From Salpingoeca rosetta (lineage: Eukaryota > Protista > Choanoflagellata), in assembly GCA_033442325.1 (NCBI GenBank), contig JAWQFM010000015.1, positions 599,983 to 663,982 on the forward strand: DNA of 64,000 bases, given 5' to 3'. The position numbers and the translations under genes were made by a program. Positions 30,978 to 44,991 of this stretch are shown here, piece by piece (the first letter of the stretch is position 1; each line of letters begins with the position of its first letter). Below the pieces are notes generated by a model. The model had not been told where the DNA came from. It ran no database searches and saw only the letters and a list, made by a program, of their open reading frames with translations.

Positions 30978-33900
30978 ATGGAGCCTGACTTCAAGCGCCC
31001 AAAGATGGCGGTAAGCGATGGTCCTTTGCACGAGTAGAGTGACATGAAACAGCTTGCTCAACTGATGCATCTTTCCGATGCGTCTTTCTGTTCGCATTGT
31101 GCTGCAGTGGTGAGGCGGACGTTGTGCCGTTTCTTGTCGTTGTGTTCGCCTGCACAGATGCCATTGTTTTTGGTTGTGTTTCACATGTGCTTTCGCGTTA
31201 ACACCAGCAGCAGATCCCACCAAGCCCCGTCGTGCACATTCGCTCGCTTCCTCCTCATACGACGCCCCAGGACATCCATGCGGCGCTTGAGCCCTTTGGC
31301 GCCATTGTGTAAGCGTGGATTTCCCCCCCCCCCTGCCTCAGTTGTTTAGTGGGTCGACAGATCTGCCTCACACTCTCTTGTGTGATAATGCCGCAGGACG
31401 GTGTTGGCGATCGCACTGTTGTCTCATGTACGAATTGCTTCCATCCTGTGTCCCTTTTCCCTGTCATGCAGGAACGTGTCTCTCATCCCCAACAGATCTC
31501 AGGGTCTTGCCGAGTTCACGGTGAGATGGCTTGCTTGATCGTGCGCTGTTGTCACTTTTGACGTGCTTCATGCCCCGCGTGAACAGGATGCACCTTTGTT
31601 CATGCCATGCGCACCGCGGGGACTGACGGCTGTGCTTCGTGCCCTTTGTGCTTGTGACATGCAGGATGTGCACACGGCGTCCCGCTGCGTCTATTCGTCG
31701 CAGGTTCGCAACTGAATCACTTGCTTTGGCAAGAAGGAAGTGCTGGATTAGTTGCGCATGCATACTTGGTTTGTTTGTGGTCGTCTAGCTCACGCGATCC
31801 ATGTGTCTCGTCCATTGTTTTGCTCTCTTTTCATCGACCACACCACATCAACGCAGCAAGGAACGCAGCCTGTGTTCGTCAAGGGCCGTCAGGTGTACAT
31901 CAACTTCAGCACCAGCCAGAAGGTCCACACACAAGGTGGGGGAATCAGCACATTGCGCGCGTGTGCGTGTGTGTGTGTGCGTGCGTGTGTGCGTGTGTGT
32001 GTGTGAATACCAGAGTGTGTGGCCCATTTGAGGCGGAGATGGTTTGTGCCTGCCAACTTGTATGCAGTCTGTGGGCCCTGCAGCTTACATGTTGTGCTCG
32101 TGCCTTTGTGATGGTTAGCAGGTGACACTAGCCAGCCGTATGCCGTTCCGGGCAAGGTGCTGATGATGACGGTGATGAACGCGTCCTACCCCATCAACGT
32201 GGATGTGATCTACGCCGTGTGCTCACCACTCGGCCGTGTCCTGCGCATCGTCATGATCCGCAAGAATGGCGTTCAGGTGTGTGAGATGCTTCCCCAAGCC
32301 CTGCCCATCCACAACACACTTACTTAGCACATCACAACATGGACAGCGCAAGTGCATTCAGTGGTTTGTTCATTGCCGTGAAAATGGTGTTCCGTTATGT
32401 TTTTGTTCTCGTCTGGTGTGGGCACCCGTCTCTTACACCACGACGTGACGTGCATGTGTTTGATTGGCGTTGTGCGGTGTGTTCTGGCTGCGCGTGCAGT
32501 CAGCTCCACCGACAGCGAGGGTACGTGTTGTGTCCCTTTGTATGTGTGTGTATGTGCGTGTGCGTGTGCCGGCGTGCGCTCTGCATGCGACTACATGTGC
32601 GCGCGTGTGTTGTTTCTTTTCAGTGACCTGTCCGGTGGTACCAAGACAGCGCCCACGTTCCCACACAAATGTCGTCCAGAGCTCACTGTATGGTTTGCTT
32701 CCCCTCCTGCACTGGGTTCTTCCGTCTCCTTCCCGCCGCCCTTGTGCTGCTTTCCTCTCCGCCCATTCTCCCCTCGGCCCTCCCTCCCGGCCGTGCTTCC
32801 CTTGGGTCTCCTGCGTTTCCTTCCTTCCCCCGTGTGCGCGGCCGTTTGGTTTTCTCGTGTGTGTGTGTGTGTGTGTGTGCGTGTGTGCGTGTGTGCGTGT
32901 GTTGCGCCTGCGTGGTGTCGTGTTGTTGTCTCCCCGCCTCCCGCCTCTTCTGTCCCTGCTGCCCTTCGCCTGCGTAGGCGTTGGTTGAGTTTCCTGATGC
33001 CAACACTGCTGCCGCCGTCATGAGCTCGCTGCAAGGCGCCAACATCTACCAAGGCTGCTGCACCCTTCGCATCGAGTACTCAAAGGTACGCAGCGAGTAG
33101 TGCGTACGTGTGTGGACGGGTGCTGTGGTGTGCGTGCGTGGTGAGTGTTTCCTCGGCATCCACTACCCCCAACTCATTGCTGTTGTAATCCCAACACTGG
33201 CACCGCTGTCCCACCTCACCTTGTCCATTTTTGTTGCTGTTGGTTGTTGGTTTGTTGTCTTCCTCCAAGGCTGACCGGGTGAACGTGCGGTACAACTCTG
33301 AAGAGACGCGTGATTTCACCGTGAACCTGCCACCCCCACCCGCTGCGCCTGCACACGGCGGCTACGGCTCGGGCGCACCGCAGCACGGCCACCACCACCA
33401 CGGCGGTGCTCCAGCACACCATGCCCCCGACCCGTATGACCCTTACCGCTCCGGTGGATACCAGCCCAGGTCTTCTTACCCGCCCCGCGGCGCACAGGCT
33501 TCCTGGGGAGGTGAGCACACACAAGGTGCTGTGTGTGTGTGTGTGTTTCGTTTAAAGTCACGCGGCCGCGCTGATGTGCGGGTTGTCTTTAATTTTCTTC
33601 TTCCCTCACGCCCTCTTGTTGTCTGTCCTCCCTGGTTTTCAGGGGAGCGCCGGCCGCGCCCGTGCCCGCCGAGCGTCGTGCTCATGGTGTACCACATCAA
33701 CAAGGGCAGCATCAGCTGCCAGAAGCTCTTCAACCTCTTCTGCCTCTACGCCAACCCAATCAAGGTGTGTGTGTGTGTGAGGGTGCGGGTGAGGTCGTAA
33801 GTCGATGGTCGGGCGGTGGTGTGCTTGGCAGCGCTTCATGGTGACGCACGACTTCCGATGATGCATCCTCCGATTTGTCCCCTCTTCATGGGTGCTGATA

Positions 33901-34725
33901 TGGTCTGTTGTGGCTGCGCTGTGGTGGACCATGCAGATCAAGGTTCTCGTGAGCCGCGACGGTATGGCAATGGCCCAGTTTGAGGACCTCGACCAGGCCA
34001 AGGTGTGCGTGCTTGTGTGTGTGTGTGTGTGTGTGCTTGTTGTGTGAGAGAGAGGGCCCACCGCCCACAGATGTGCGCGTGTTTGTGGTTGTTTGTTGGT
34101 CGTTCCCTCGCTCGTAATCTCCATCTCACATGTGCCTCCCCCCCCCCCGGGGCGCAATCACTGCCGCCGCCGCCACCATACAGAGCGTGCTCGAGATGCT
34201 TGAGGGTGTTGAGGTGCAGGGCCAGCGCATTGAGCTTGGCTACTCCCGCAACCAGGAGCTCACGGAGTCCCCTGCAGAGGTCACCCTTCCCAGCGGCCTT
34301 CCGGTATGTGCCTCTTGTTGTTGACGTGCTCGTGGGTCGAACTGCTTGGTCCTGGTGTGTGTGGGTGTGGGTGTGGGTGGGTGTTTTTTTTTTTTTCTGT
34401 TTTTTTTTTTTTTCTGGCGAGTGATGCCGTTGTTTGGTTGCCTTACGCACCTTGTTCCTCAGCTCAGTGTCCATGCACGCAGCGTCGTTTTCTCTGTTTC
34501 CCTGTACTTTTGCGGTCTCGCTCACCTGTCCACTTGCCCTCGCCCACCTTACCGTCACATCGTGTGCACGACCACTGCAGGCCATGGAGGATTTCCGGGA
34601 TGCGCAGAAGCACCACATGCGCTTCAAGGACGGCAAGCCCGAGCCTGGCCTGGAGGTGAGCAAGCCCACTGCCACCCTCAAGTTCTACGACGTCCCAGAC
34701 AACTTTTCTAAGGACGACGTCAACA

Positions 34726-34760
<35 letters not shown>

Positions 34761-35045
34761 GGATGTGATGGGTGGCTGCGTTTGTTTCGGCTTGATCGGT
34801 TGTGTGATGCGTTTGTTTGGGCTCCGTTTGTGAGTTTGGTTCTAGTGCTGCGGTTTTGATCGACGCTGTAGGTTTGTCGATGCTTGAGCTCATGTGCAAC
34901 CCGACTCATGCATGTTTTCCTTTCCAGATTCTTGGTCTCTACGCAGCCCCCTCTCCGATGGAGGTCACCGTCGGTGCGTTGCATTCAGACCAGCCATGTC
35001 TTGTTTGCCTTTGCAACCTACTGTCGTGCGTTATGCTGTGTTGTG

Positions 35046-35115
<70 letters not shown>

Positions 35116-35520
35116 ACTCACTCGTTCTCACTTTCATACGTTCGCACGCGCACGCACGCGCGCACACCCTCTTCACCAACAGAGCGCGATGAGAGCGGCA
35201 AGGTGTACGGGTACCTCAAGTACCACTATGCCAACCAGGCGACCGACGCCGTGCTGGTGTGCAACAACGTGAAGATCCCGACTGCTGACGGCGAGCAGAG
35301 TGACGCCATCTTCAAGCTGTCGTTCACCTCCGAGGGCGACGCGTCCTCTGCCCCGGCTGCCGCCAACACCGCCAGCAGCGAGCAGGCTGCCCCCGAGGCC
35401 AGTGGCGATGGCGCCGCCACCACGGACGCGGCTGCTCCTGAAGCAGATGCGGCGGCAACGACAACCACCGCAGCTGACGGTGATGATGGCGCCGACGGTG
35501 CCGCTGAGGCAACCGCATGA
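30978..35520 (+). CDS. HNRNPL: hnRNP L / hnRNP LL-like four-RRM protein
   Basis: MEPDFKRPKMA; RRM1 PSPVVHIRSLP...VYINFSTSQKV; RRM2 KVLMMTVMNASYPINVDVIYAVCSPLGRVLRIVMIRKNGVQ/ALVEF...GANIYQGCCTLRIEYSK...RVNVRYNSEETRDFT; Pro/Gly/His linker; RRM3 VLMVYHINKGSISCQKLFNLFCLY; RRM4 KPTATLKFYDVP...FKLSF. The GCCTL and FSTSQK motifs favour hnRNP L over PTB. Confidence 0.9.
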
Positions 35521-35704
35521 AGTGGAGGACGGACATGAGGCGCGGTGGACTGTACCGGTGGTGCTGGTGGCGATGGTGTGGATGATGCAGGTTAGGTATC
35601 CGTTGCTGGTGTGTTGAGTACGTCCGCTCAAGAAGATGAGAACAGGCATCCTCGGCACACTCCACGTCTTTGCGACGCGCCCCTTCTTCGGGTATGGTGC
35701 ATCC

Positions 35705-35769
<65 letters not shown>

Positions 35770-36525
35770 ACGTTGTGCATTGCTGCAGCACAAGGACAAG
35801 CGCACTTCATAGCTTCAACCACCTTCACCTTCAGCTCCATCAACCACCACCACCACGTTCATCCTCCACAAGCATCCAACCCACCAACCCAACACGCGCC
35901 TCGCCACGCACAACCAACACCCCTCTCCCTCTGTTGCCCTACCTGTCGTCTCTTCTCCTGTAGATGTCGTGTTGTCATTGCTTGGTGCATTGTCGACAAC
36001 TTGCATCCCACCTTCTTTGTCGTGTGTGTGTGTGTGTGTGTGTGTGTGCTTGATTCTCGTCTCATCGTTGACCATGCACCCCAGACCTTCATCCATCCCC
36101 ATACAAACATCCATCCATACATCCATCCATACAAGCAACAAACATACATTTGAAACCTCCCAAAACAACAGCCACCGCTCTGTTTTGCGCACACTACATC
36201 ACAAGCCAGACTACCCCTTTGTCGTGTATTCCTAGCTGACGGTGTAGTGTAATGTCCTTTGTCTTGAGACTCGCTCATCTGTGTCGCACGCACACACACA
36301 CACACACACGCACACACACACATGACGCTCCAATTTCTAAGCAACAGTATCAAACCACGCATGCGCACCACACACAAGCGTCGGAACAAATGCATTGCAT
36401 TGCACTCTTTCCCAACCACAACACCACGTGCAAACATGATTGTCAACAAGCACACGATGCACGCATGGTAGAGTACTCCCTACTCCCATCAACCACACCA
36501 CCATCAGCAGGTGTGCTGGTTGCCG

Positions 36526-37238
36526 CTAGCTGCTGGTGGTGCGCGGCTCGCCCTGCGACCGCTGCGTCTTGGCTCGCTTGACATCATCGTCATCCTCAAG
36601 CGACAAGGACGACGGTGCTGTGGCAGCCTGCTGCGGCTTCGTTGCGACAATGGCAAAGTTCCTGGACGACACGGCCGGGTCAAAGAGGGCAACGATGTCG
36701 CATGCCATGCCGCGCTCGCACAGGTACAGGGCACGGTCGCACAGGAGCAAGGTCTCCACCACTGTGGCCACAAGCACGCGCAGTGCATACACGCCGACAA
36801 CTGCATTGTGCAGAGGTGAGCATGCGTTGTACACGTGGCGAAGCATGTCCTCGTCAGCTTGTAACAGGTCCCATCGCGGCTGCTGTTGTTGTTGTTCTTG
36901 TTGTTCTTGCTGCTCCTGCTCCTGCTGACGGTCCTGCGTCAGTTGCTTGGTTTGCCCCTGCCCTTGTGTGCGCTGGTCATACTTCCGCTTGAGTCGACGC
37001 ATCACCTCTGTTGCGAAACCAATAAAGTGCTGCACATCACCACCATCACCCGGCCGCTGCCCTTTCTTCAGCTTCATTCGCCCAATCTTCACCTGCGTTG
37101 GGCTGTGTTGGAGATGATTAATACAAACAAAACAGGGACAACACGCAGCTTGTTGAGAGGGCGGCTGTTGCTCGCACGTGCATGAGCGAATAATGAATGT
37201 CACTGTCACGCATCGAACACACACCCTCACGCATTCAT

Positions 37239-37311
<73 letters not shown>

Positions 37312-37743
37312 TTCACACGCACCCACGCATGCACTCACTCGTGCTGTGGTAGCTGCTTGTGGAAGATCACCTCCAAGATGGCCCTGTTCGTGTGCGCGTG
37401 AAAGTGCGTTGGCGGCTGCTTCGTCCAGAGTTCACGTGCGTGACAGGCGAGTTCCATCGACCGATCTGCCAGTCGCGCTGACTGCGACTTGAGAAATCTG
37501 CTCAGTGGGAACACCTGTACCGCAGCAACCATGGGCGCGTGCGCGTGCTCATGGGCGAAATGAGAACAGAAGGCAACGACGTGGGACTTAGCGACGCGCG
37601 CACACACACATACACACGCACGCACATACACATACACACATACACACACATACGCACGCGCACACACACGCACATACACATACACACGCACGCACACACG
37701 CATACACGCACGCACGCACGCACACACACACGCACACACACAC

Positions 37744-37779
<36 letters not shown>

Positions 37780-39013
37780 GCACACACACGCACGCACACA
37801 CACGCACGCACACACACGCACCTTTTGGTTTGCGTGCTCATCGTCAGGTTCCGTGCGGCGGTGGTAGCAGCAGCCAACACTGACAAGCGCACGTGCTCCA
37901 GCGTCTGCGAAGATTTGCAGCAGCGACGTGTGCAGATCACCACAGGTATGAAGCCCCGTAATGACAGAGCCATCAACCGCATCAGAGGCAGCTGCATCCA
38001 GCCCTTCTCCATCCTTCACCACCGTGGTCACAGCCTCAACCCGTCCCACGCGGAACCCGCCTTGTACTGCTGCTGTTGTCGCTGTTGTTGATGTTGCCGT
38101 TGCTGTCGTTGTTGTTGTTGTTGTTGCCGTTGTTGTCGTTGGTGCCGCGTCAACATCTGGATCTGAGGCGTCGTGAGCAGCAACAGCGTGAGCAGGAACA
38201 GCGTGAGCAGCAACGTTGCTCGTCTCCTCCCCCTCCTGCTGCTGCTGTTGTTGCTCCTGTTGTTGTTGAGCACGTACCTGCATGTGCGCTTGGTCGCGCT
38301 CTCCCTGCTGGTCAATCTCTCCCTTCACCTCAAGCTCATTCCACGCCTCTTCCTCAACGCTCCGCTGCTTCCGTCTGCCATCTCCGCCCACAGCACAATC
38401 TCCCTCCTCTTGCTCCTGTTGCTCTTCCTCCGTCCCACCAGCCTGCTTCTTCATCTGCTGTCGCTCCTTGCGTCGGTGCCGTCTCCGGGCACGCCTGCTC
38501 GTGTGAGTACCATTCCCGCTGCTCTTGGTGCGAGCGGGTGCTGCTGGTGCTGTCGGGCAGCTACCGCAGACAAGACCTGCGGCGATGGCGGCGTGTCGCT
38601 TCATGGCCCACTGTGCAATCTTTGCCGAGCGACTGACAGCGGTGGCGTTCAAGGCCTCCTGCGACTCAATGCCGACCACGCGCAGGCCCGATGTGATGGA
38701 CAGGACCTGACCGAGGTAACCTTTGCCGCTGCCAAAGTCCAGGACGGCCTTAGCTTGCACGCTCTCTGCCACCTTGGCGACGAGGGCAGAAAGGTGGGCC
38801 ACCTCGTGCACCTTCTTTGGCCTCAGCCCCATCTTGACGACGGAGTTGATCTCCACAGGCACGATGGGCTCGCCATGGATGTGCGTAGCTTGCTGTCGTG
38901 GCAGCGCAATGTCGACCCCCTGCGCCAGCATGGTGCGCAGATCTTCTGGCCATTCGGGTGCGCTCTTTCCATACGCGATTTGCATCAACTAACAGGGAAA
39001 AGACACCATGGGG

Positions 39014-39058
<45 letters not shown>

Positions 39059-39193
39059 GTGTGGAGTGGTAAGTGGAGTAAGAAAAAAAAAAANNNNNNN
39101 NNNNNNNNNNNNNNNNNNNNNNNNNNNNNNNNNNNNNNNNNNNNNNNNNNNNNNNNNNNNNNNNNNNNNNNNNNNNNNNNNNNNNNNNNNNNN

Positions 39194-39235
<42 letters not shown>

Positions 39236-39321
39236 GTGTGGATGGTAAGTGGAGTGAAAAAAAAAAAAAACACAGCCACACGAGGATTGAGTGCTAAGCA
39301 GCCCCAAGTGGCAACAAGCAA

Positions 39322-39417
<96 letters not shown>

Positions 39418-39666
39418 GGGCACATTACTACCACCACCACCAACAAAACAACAACACCACCAAGCAACAACCCCCATGCTCACTTGATCGTGGGAGGCTG
39501 AGAGAAGAGCTGCCAGCCATGTCGATGGAATGCTGGAATGTAGGTGGTCGTGGGTAAAAGTCTCCACCATGTACAGCGTCACCAGTTTCTGCACATCTTC
39601 CCGTTCAAGGAAAGCACGTGCACGCTGCACCCGCTCCTGCAACTTGGCCACAGTGCACGCCTCCAT
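36526..39666 (-). CDS. METTL25/RRNAD1 (Methyltransf_32) family SAM-dependent methyltransferase
   Basis: [18 protein letters not shown] (motif I), [22 protein letters not shown]...MELACHA and [15 protein letters not shown]...[18 protein letters not shown]. The first exon starts MEACTV at 39666. One intron spans the N gap. Confidence 0.88.
39094..39193. other. Assembly gap (100 N) within a methyltransferase intron
   Basis: Run of N. The flanks 39015-39093 and 39194-39270 are near-duplicates, suggesting an unmerged contig overlap. Confidence 0.97.
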
Positions 39667-39808
39667 TATTGTGTGTGTGCTGTGCTGTGTGTTGGTGTCG
39701 TGTGCCTCAAATTGCCGAAATCCATGTACGATGCCATCTACTTTTCCGTATCCGCCACGACGAAGACGAGCCAGTAAGAAGAGGCAACGTGACGCCAGCA
39801 CCCACCCA

Positions 39809-39869
<61 letters not shown>

Positions 39870-39875
39870 ACAACG

Positions 39876-40582
39876 ATGAGGCATCCACGCTTTGTGGCCA
39901 ACACGGTGCGGCTTGCCGTTGCAAAACGGCCGGAGGATGCGCTGACGGCGTTGTCCAAGATCACACGTGGCTTGAAGAACAATGGTGTCATCTCCTCGCT
40001 CATCGGCCGCAAGCGATACACACCACCCTTTGAGCGCCGACGACAAGAAGAGGTGTGTGTCTGTCTGTGTGTCCGTGTGTCTGTCTGTTTGTCTGTCTGT
40101 TTGTCTGTCTTTGTGTGTCCGTGTGTGTCCGTACATGCGTGGGTCTGTATGTCTGTCTGCCTGTCTGTCTGTTTGTGTGTCCGTGTGTGTCCGTGCATGC
40201 GTGTGTCTGTCTGTCTGTCTGTTTCTGTGTGTGTATTCAACCGTTTGTACGTTCAACCTGTGCCCACTTGTGTACTCGTGAATGCGTATGCTTTGAATGT
40301 TCAGCGTGTGCCTGACTGTGTTCTTGTGAGCTTATGTCAACCCCTCCCCCAACATGCAAGTTGCTTCTGTTCGCCCAGCACTTTTCACCACCTGCCCTTC
40401 TTTCCTCTCCTTGTACGATGCTCACCATGTTCTCCCTGCCCTGACTCTGTCTTGCTTGCGCCTCTTTGCTGTTCTATCAGAATGCGGCGTGTGTCAGGAT
40501 TTATCAGCGGGAGTTCAAGAAGAAGGTCAACCTGTACTTTGAGATGCATCCAGAGAAGCGCGGATCACAAATGGGAAAGTGA
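39876..40582 (+). CDS. MRPS21: Mitochondrial ribosomal protein bS21m
   Basis: Exons 39876-40052 and 40481-40582 give [11 protein letters not shown]...[11 protein letters not shown]...[36 protein letters not shown], matching the S21m pattern. Confidence 0.85.
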
Positions 40583-40674
40583 TGCCATCCTCATATGCGT
40601 GTAGGTGTTCGTGCATTTGCCTTCTGATTAGCAAGTGTGTGAGTGTGCGTGTGAGTGTGTGCGTGTGTGGGTGA

Positions 40675-40727
<53 letters not shown>

Positions 40728-41193
40728 TGTGTGTGTGTGTGTGCTTCTTTGTCTCTGACGTTTCGTAGGCGCTCCTCCTTCTCTTTGCACTGCTGTTTCC
40801 TGTCCTCTGAGAGTGTCACATCGGTTGTTAACGGTGTTGTTTCCCATGCACACAGCTGCCGTATGCGCGCGTTGTTGGGCGGGTCGTCCATTACACAATT
40901 CAGACACACAGCTTTGGTTGGATGAGAGTGATTCAGGCACTTGTCGCAACAATTCGGTCACACTGCAAGTTGTTTACTGGCAAGCGGCAGCGTGCTCGCA
41001 AACAGAGAACATTGTGCTCGCTTGCACATGTGAATACCGGTCCAAACGACTACACCAACACACACACACACACACTCACAAGTACATACACAAGTACACA
41101 TGCTTACACACACAGACCACAAACACACACACGCACACAAGTACACATGCTTACACACAATCACCCCCACCCCACCCCCTGCGCCACACAGCG

Positions 41194-43464
41194 TCAGCGC
41201 GGGGTGACGCCCGGCTGGCGGTTGCGCTGGCGATCACGCCGGGCCTCTTCCTCATCATAGGCAGGGAAGTCATCAAAGATGCTCGAGCGAGCAGTGTACG
41301 ACGCAAAAATGTTCACAAACTCGCACCCAATGTCGTAGGGGACAGAGGTCACGTCACGGACGTTGCTGATGGGGCGCACCTCCACCTGCCCGCCACGCAT
41401 CTTGGCCTTGAGCTTGAGGTGCTCAACAAGCCTCGACGGCACATCCTTGACATACAGCCATCGTACCTTCATCTCCCCGCTCCACCGCGGCGTGGACCAC
41501 ACACCGCACTCGCGCGTCTGGTCGCACACGCTCAGCAGCTGCGCAATGCCCACAAACTGTGAGCTGCGGTTGACAGAGAAGAGAAGATACACTGGGTTGG
41601 GTCGCGCGTCGACAAACGCACGTGACAACACGCCGTTGCCACGCGCAGTCGACGTCCAGATGTTGTATTTGACGCTCTTGTGCACGTCGTCTTCCCCAAA
41701 CGAGCGGATGACGTAGAAGCGCGTGCCGCGTGGCATGGGCGGCGTGTGCGGCGGGTTGTACTTGGTCGTGTCACCATGCTGTACCATCTGGCACATGGCA
41801 CGCGTGATGAGCTCGCCGCGCGCGTGTTTGAAGCGAAACGCACGTGGTGTCGTGCTCTTCCCTTTCTTCGACGCAACCGGCACCAACCGCCCGCTCGTGT
41901 CCACGTCACCATCGAAGCCACCAACACTGTCATTGGCACGAGCATGATCAGTCTCGTGCGGCTGCTGCTGCTGCTGCTGCGGCTGTTTCGACGTGTTCTT
42001 GGACGTGTGTTTGGATGGTGGTGGTCGCAGTCGTGGCCGTCGGTTTGTAGCAGCCGCCGGTGTTGCTGCTGCTGCTGCTGCTGCTGTTGTTGGTGCTGTT
42101 GTTGGTGTTGTTGGTGTCGGTGTTCGCTCAGCGCGGCCAACGACGGCGACGCTGTTGCCGCCCCACACCTTACCCGACGGGGCATGTGGCACATGGCTTC
42201 TTCCCTGGCCAGTTCTTTGCTGTTGCTGTTTTCGCTGCTGCTGCTGCTGCTGCTGTTTTCGCTGTTGCTGGTGGTGGTGTTGGTGTTGTTGCTGCTGGTG
42301 TTGCTGCTCCTTGTTTAGTTTCTTCTTGCCCTTGTCTTTGACATGTCCTTGCTGTGCTTGCGGTCCTTGCGGTCCTTGCGGTCCTTGCTGTCCTTGCGGT
42401 CCTGTCATCGTTGCTCCCCCGCGTCCTACTCCTCTGATTCGTGTTCGCGTCGCTGTTGATGTCGCTGCATTGCGCGTGCCTACTGTGTCTACCACCATAT
42501 TGGAGAGCGAGGGCAGTGGCGGGAGACCAGGCGCACCCGTTGAAGCTGGTGTTGTGCTGGCGGCCACCGCTGACACTGCTGCGGACGATGGCAGTGGCGA
42601 TGATGACACGGGAAGCGTGTGAGATGTTAGCGCAGGCGGTGGCACAGGCACAGCAACGGACGTGCTGGTGACGGTGGCTGGCTGTATTGGTGCCCGCAGC
42701 TGCGCCGGTGCTGGCGCGCGGCCCACTGCGCTGGGGTCGAGTCGTGGCTGCGGTGGCGTCATCGTTGACGCAAGCGGATGCTGGTGCACACCACCTATTG
42801 CAGGGCCAGCTGTGATGGGAGGTTCAGCGCGTTTCTGCTGTTGGAGCCAAGCCGCTTGCTGGTGATTGCTGCCGTGTTGGTGGCTGGTGTCTGCGACAGG
42901 CGGTGTTGGTGTGCGACACGGTGTGGACACGTGACCTTTGTCTTGTTGCCGCGCTGCCTTCTTTGTCTTCTTCGTTTGCTGCTTCTTCTTCGTCACGGCT
43001 GCCCACGACTTGGCCGGCTGCTGCTGTTGCTTTTGCTGATGTTGCTGCTGTTCCTGCTGCTGCTGCTGCTGGTGGTGCTGTATCGGCTCAGGGTGGGTGT
43101 CGATTAACGGGGGAAGCGTCACGTCTGCTTCCGGCGTCGTCAGAAACGCCCCGGTGCTTGACATGTGCGCTGGCCACGGATCCGACAGGTGCAGGCTGCT
43201 GTCAAACACCGTTGCCATGTCATACATGCCATTGTCGCTGCTGTTTTGAGGGGCTGTGGTGGTGGCTGCGCTTGTGGTGACGTCTTCACTCGGTGCCATC
43301 ATCGCCTCTTGCAAGGTCTGTGATGGCGGGATGACAATGTTGTCAAAGCGTGAGGCGTCAGGCTGCTCAAGTTGCGGCTGCGGCTGTTGTGGAAACGGCT
43401 GACAGTATTGCTGTGCTGGCGGCATCCCAGACCAACCGACACGACGGTCAGGGAGCAAGGCTTC

Positions 43465-43526
<62 letters not shown>

Positions 43527-44000
43527 ATGGCAGCATGGGGTCTTGCACGACAAAGGGGTGAAACATACCACCCATCACCCACGAGCTGTCATGGCCCTGT
43601 CACATGTATATGAGTATGTGAGAGTGTGTGTGAAAGAGAAAAAGAGAGCGAGAGAGTATGTGAGTGAGTAAGTAAGAGTCAGTGGATGGGCGCGCGTGCT
43701 CATGGTACAGCGGGGATGGCGCCACAACCACAGGCAGAGGATGTGTACGAACCTGCGTCGTTCCACTGGCATCCAGCATGGGTGGAGGCGTGTACCAGTC
43801 ATCCTCATACTGTGAGGGCTGCCACGCCTATCCCCGTTCAAACAAAGTCACCCCAGCACCACGTCGTCGGAACAACACGCACGCACAAGCAAACACAAAC
43901 ACGAGTACAAACGCAAGGTCAGCAATGAACGAAGCGCAGCGGAGCAGGCAGGGAGGCAATCGCACGAGCAGGCAGCGCGGCCGACACGTTGACGTACCAT
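41194..44000 (-). CDS. YTHDF: YTHDF-type m6A reader: Pro/Gln-rich low-complexity N-terminus and C-terminal YTH domain
   Basis: RFYVIRSFGEDDVHKSVKYNIWTST...VYLLFSVNRSSQFVGIAQL...GVWSTPRWSG...WLYVKDVP...SSIFDDFPAY, with the three cage Trp residues present. Proposed exons: 44000-43998 (ATG only), 43827-43709 and 43585-41194, with compatible phases. Confidence 0.93.
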
Positions 44001-44189
44001 GGTCACGATGTCCACAAGCAGGAGCGGTGCCCAATGCGCCAAGTGTGGTTATTATGGTGGTCGTCGGTGTATCGAGTGGGGAGCTGTAGTCGTGTAAGCA
44101 ACGCCTCAACGGCCTGTGAATGCAACAACCGCTCTCCAATAAATGAACAACGTGCGTGTGTTCGCTCCGCGCTCAAAACCACCCAACCA

Positions 44190-44991
44190 AAAAAAAAAAA
44201 GAAAGAGCTCTGCCATGGCCCGGAATCGAACCGGGAGTAACGCGACCACAACGCGTAGTGTTACCATTACACCACCACGGCTCAAGCTCTTGCCGTTGCC
44301 GGGCAAATTTCGCATAGTTCATCTCTACCCGACCCCCCCACCTGGCCATTTTGTGTGTTTCTGATTGTGTGAGAAGCAAGAAAGCAGAACAGGAGGAACT
44401 TTGCTGTTGTGATTTGACATACACGTGATGCTTCCTTCTCTCCACACTCCACGCACCCACGTGTGTCTTCTTGTCTTGTCTTGCTTGTGAATGGTCTCTC
44501 TGTGTCTGTGCGTTGTATTCCCTTCCTTCCTTCCTTCCTTCCTTCTCTTCATCCACACTCCCTTCCTACCACCGTCTCCCCCTTCCTTCCTTCCCTTCCT
44601 ATCACCGTCTCCTTCCTTCCCAGACGCATGGCGTCCGTCCTGCGAGCAGCGCCAGTGCTGGTGCCAGTGCTGGTGCTAGTGCTGGTGGCAGCAGCATGCA
44701 ACCGATGTAACCTTCAGCAGCATGCATGCCCCTGCATGTGCGCGGCAGAGGTGGTGTTTGCGGAGGATGATGCCGGCGCGCTGCACATCAACACAAGCGA
44801 CCCAATGAGCCAGCCCGTGCTGGTCAACGGCGTGAACATGGGCGCAGTGTTTGATGCGGTGGCGGCGCAGCAGAGCATGCTTCAGGCATACCAGAGCGTG
44901 ATGGACACGCAGCAGAGCAGGATCAGCATGCAGCAAAGCAGGATTGCGGTGCAGCAAGACAGGATCGCCGCCCTGGAAGCGGAGGTGTGCA
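44190..44991. repeat. Left arm of a long inverted repeat: terminator, tRNA-His, spacer and 5' part of propeller gene A
   Basis: Reverse-complement match to 50181-50917 with few substitutions and a few indels, including an extra ~33-bp pyrimidine block and an extra 12 bp (PVLV) in the signal peptide. Confidence 0.95.
44211..44281 (-). tRNA. tRNA-His (GUG), copy 1
   Basis: Exact reverse complement of 50826-50896. Full cloverleaf, followed by a T-run Pol III terminator (A-run at 44189-44200 on +). Confidence 0.96.

Noticed and set aside
39015-39270. Direct repeat flanking unknown sequence (possible insertion with LTR/TSD)
   Set aside because: The copies abut a 100-N gap, and an unmerged contig overlap is the simplest explanation.
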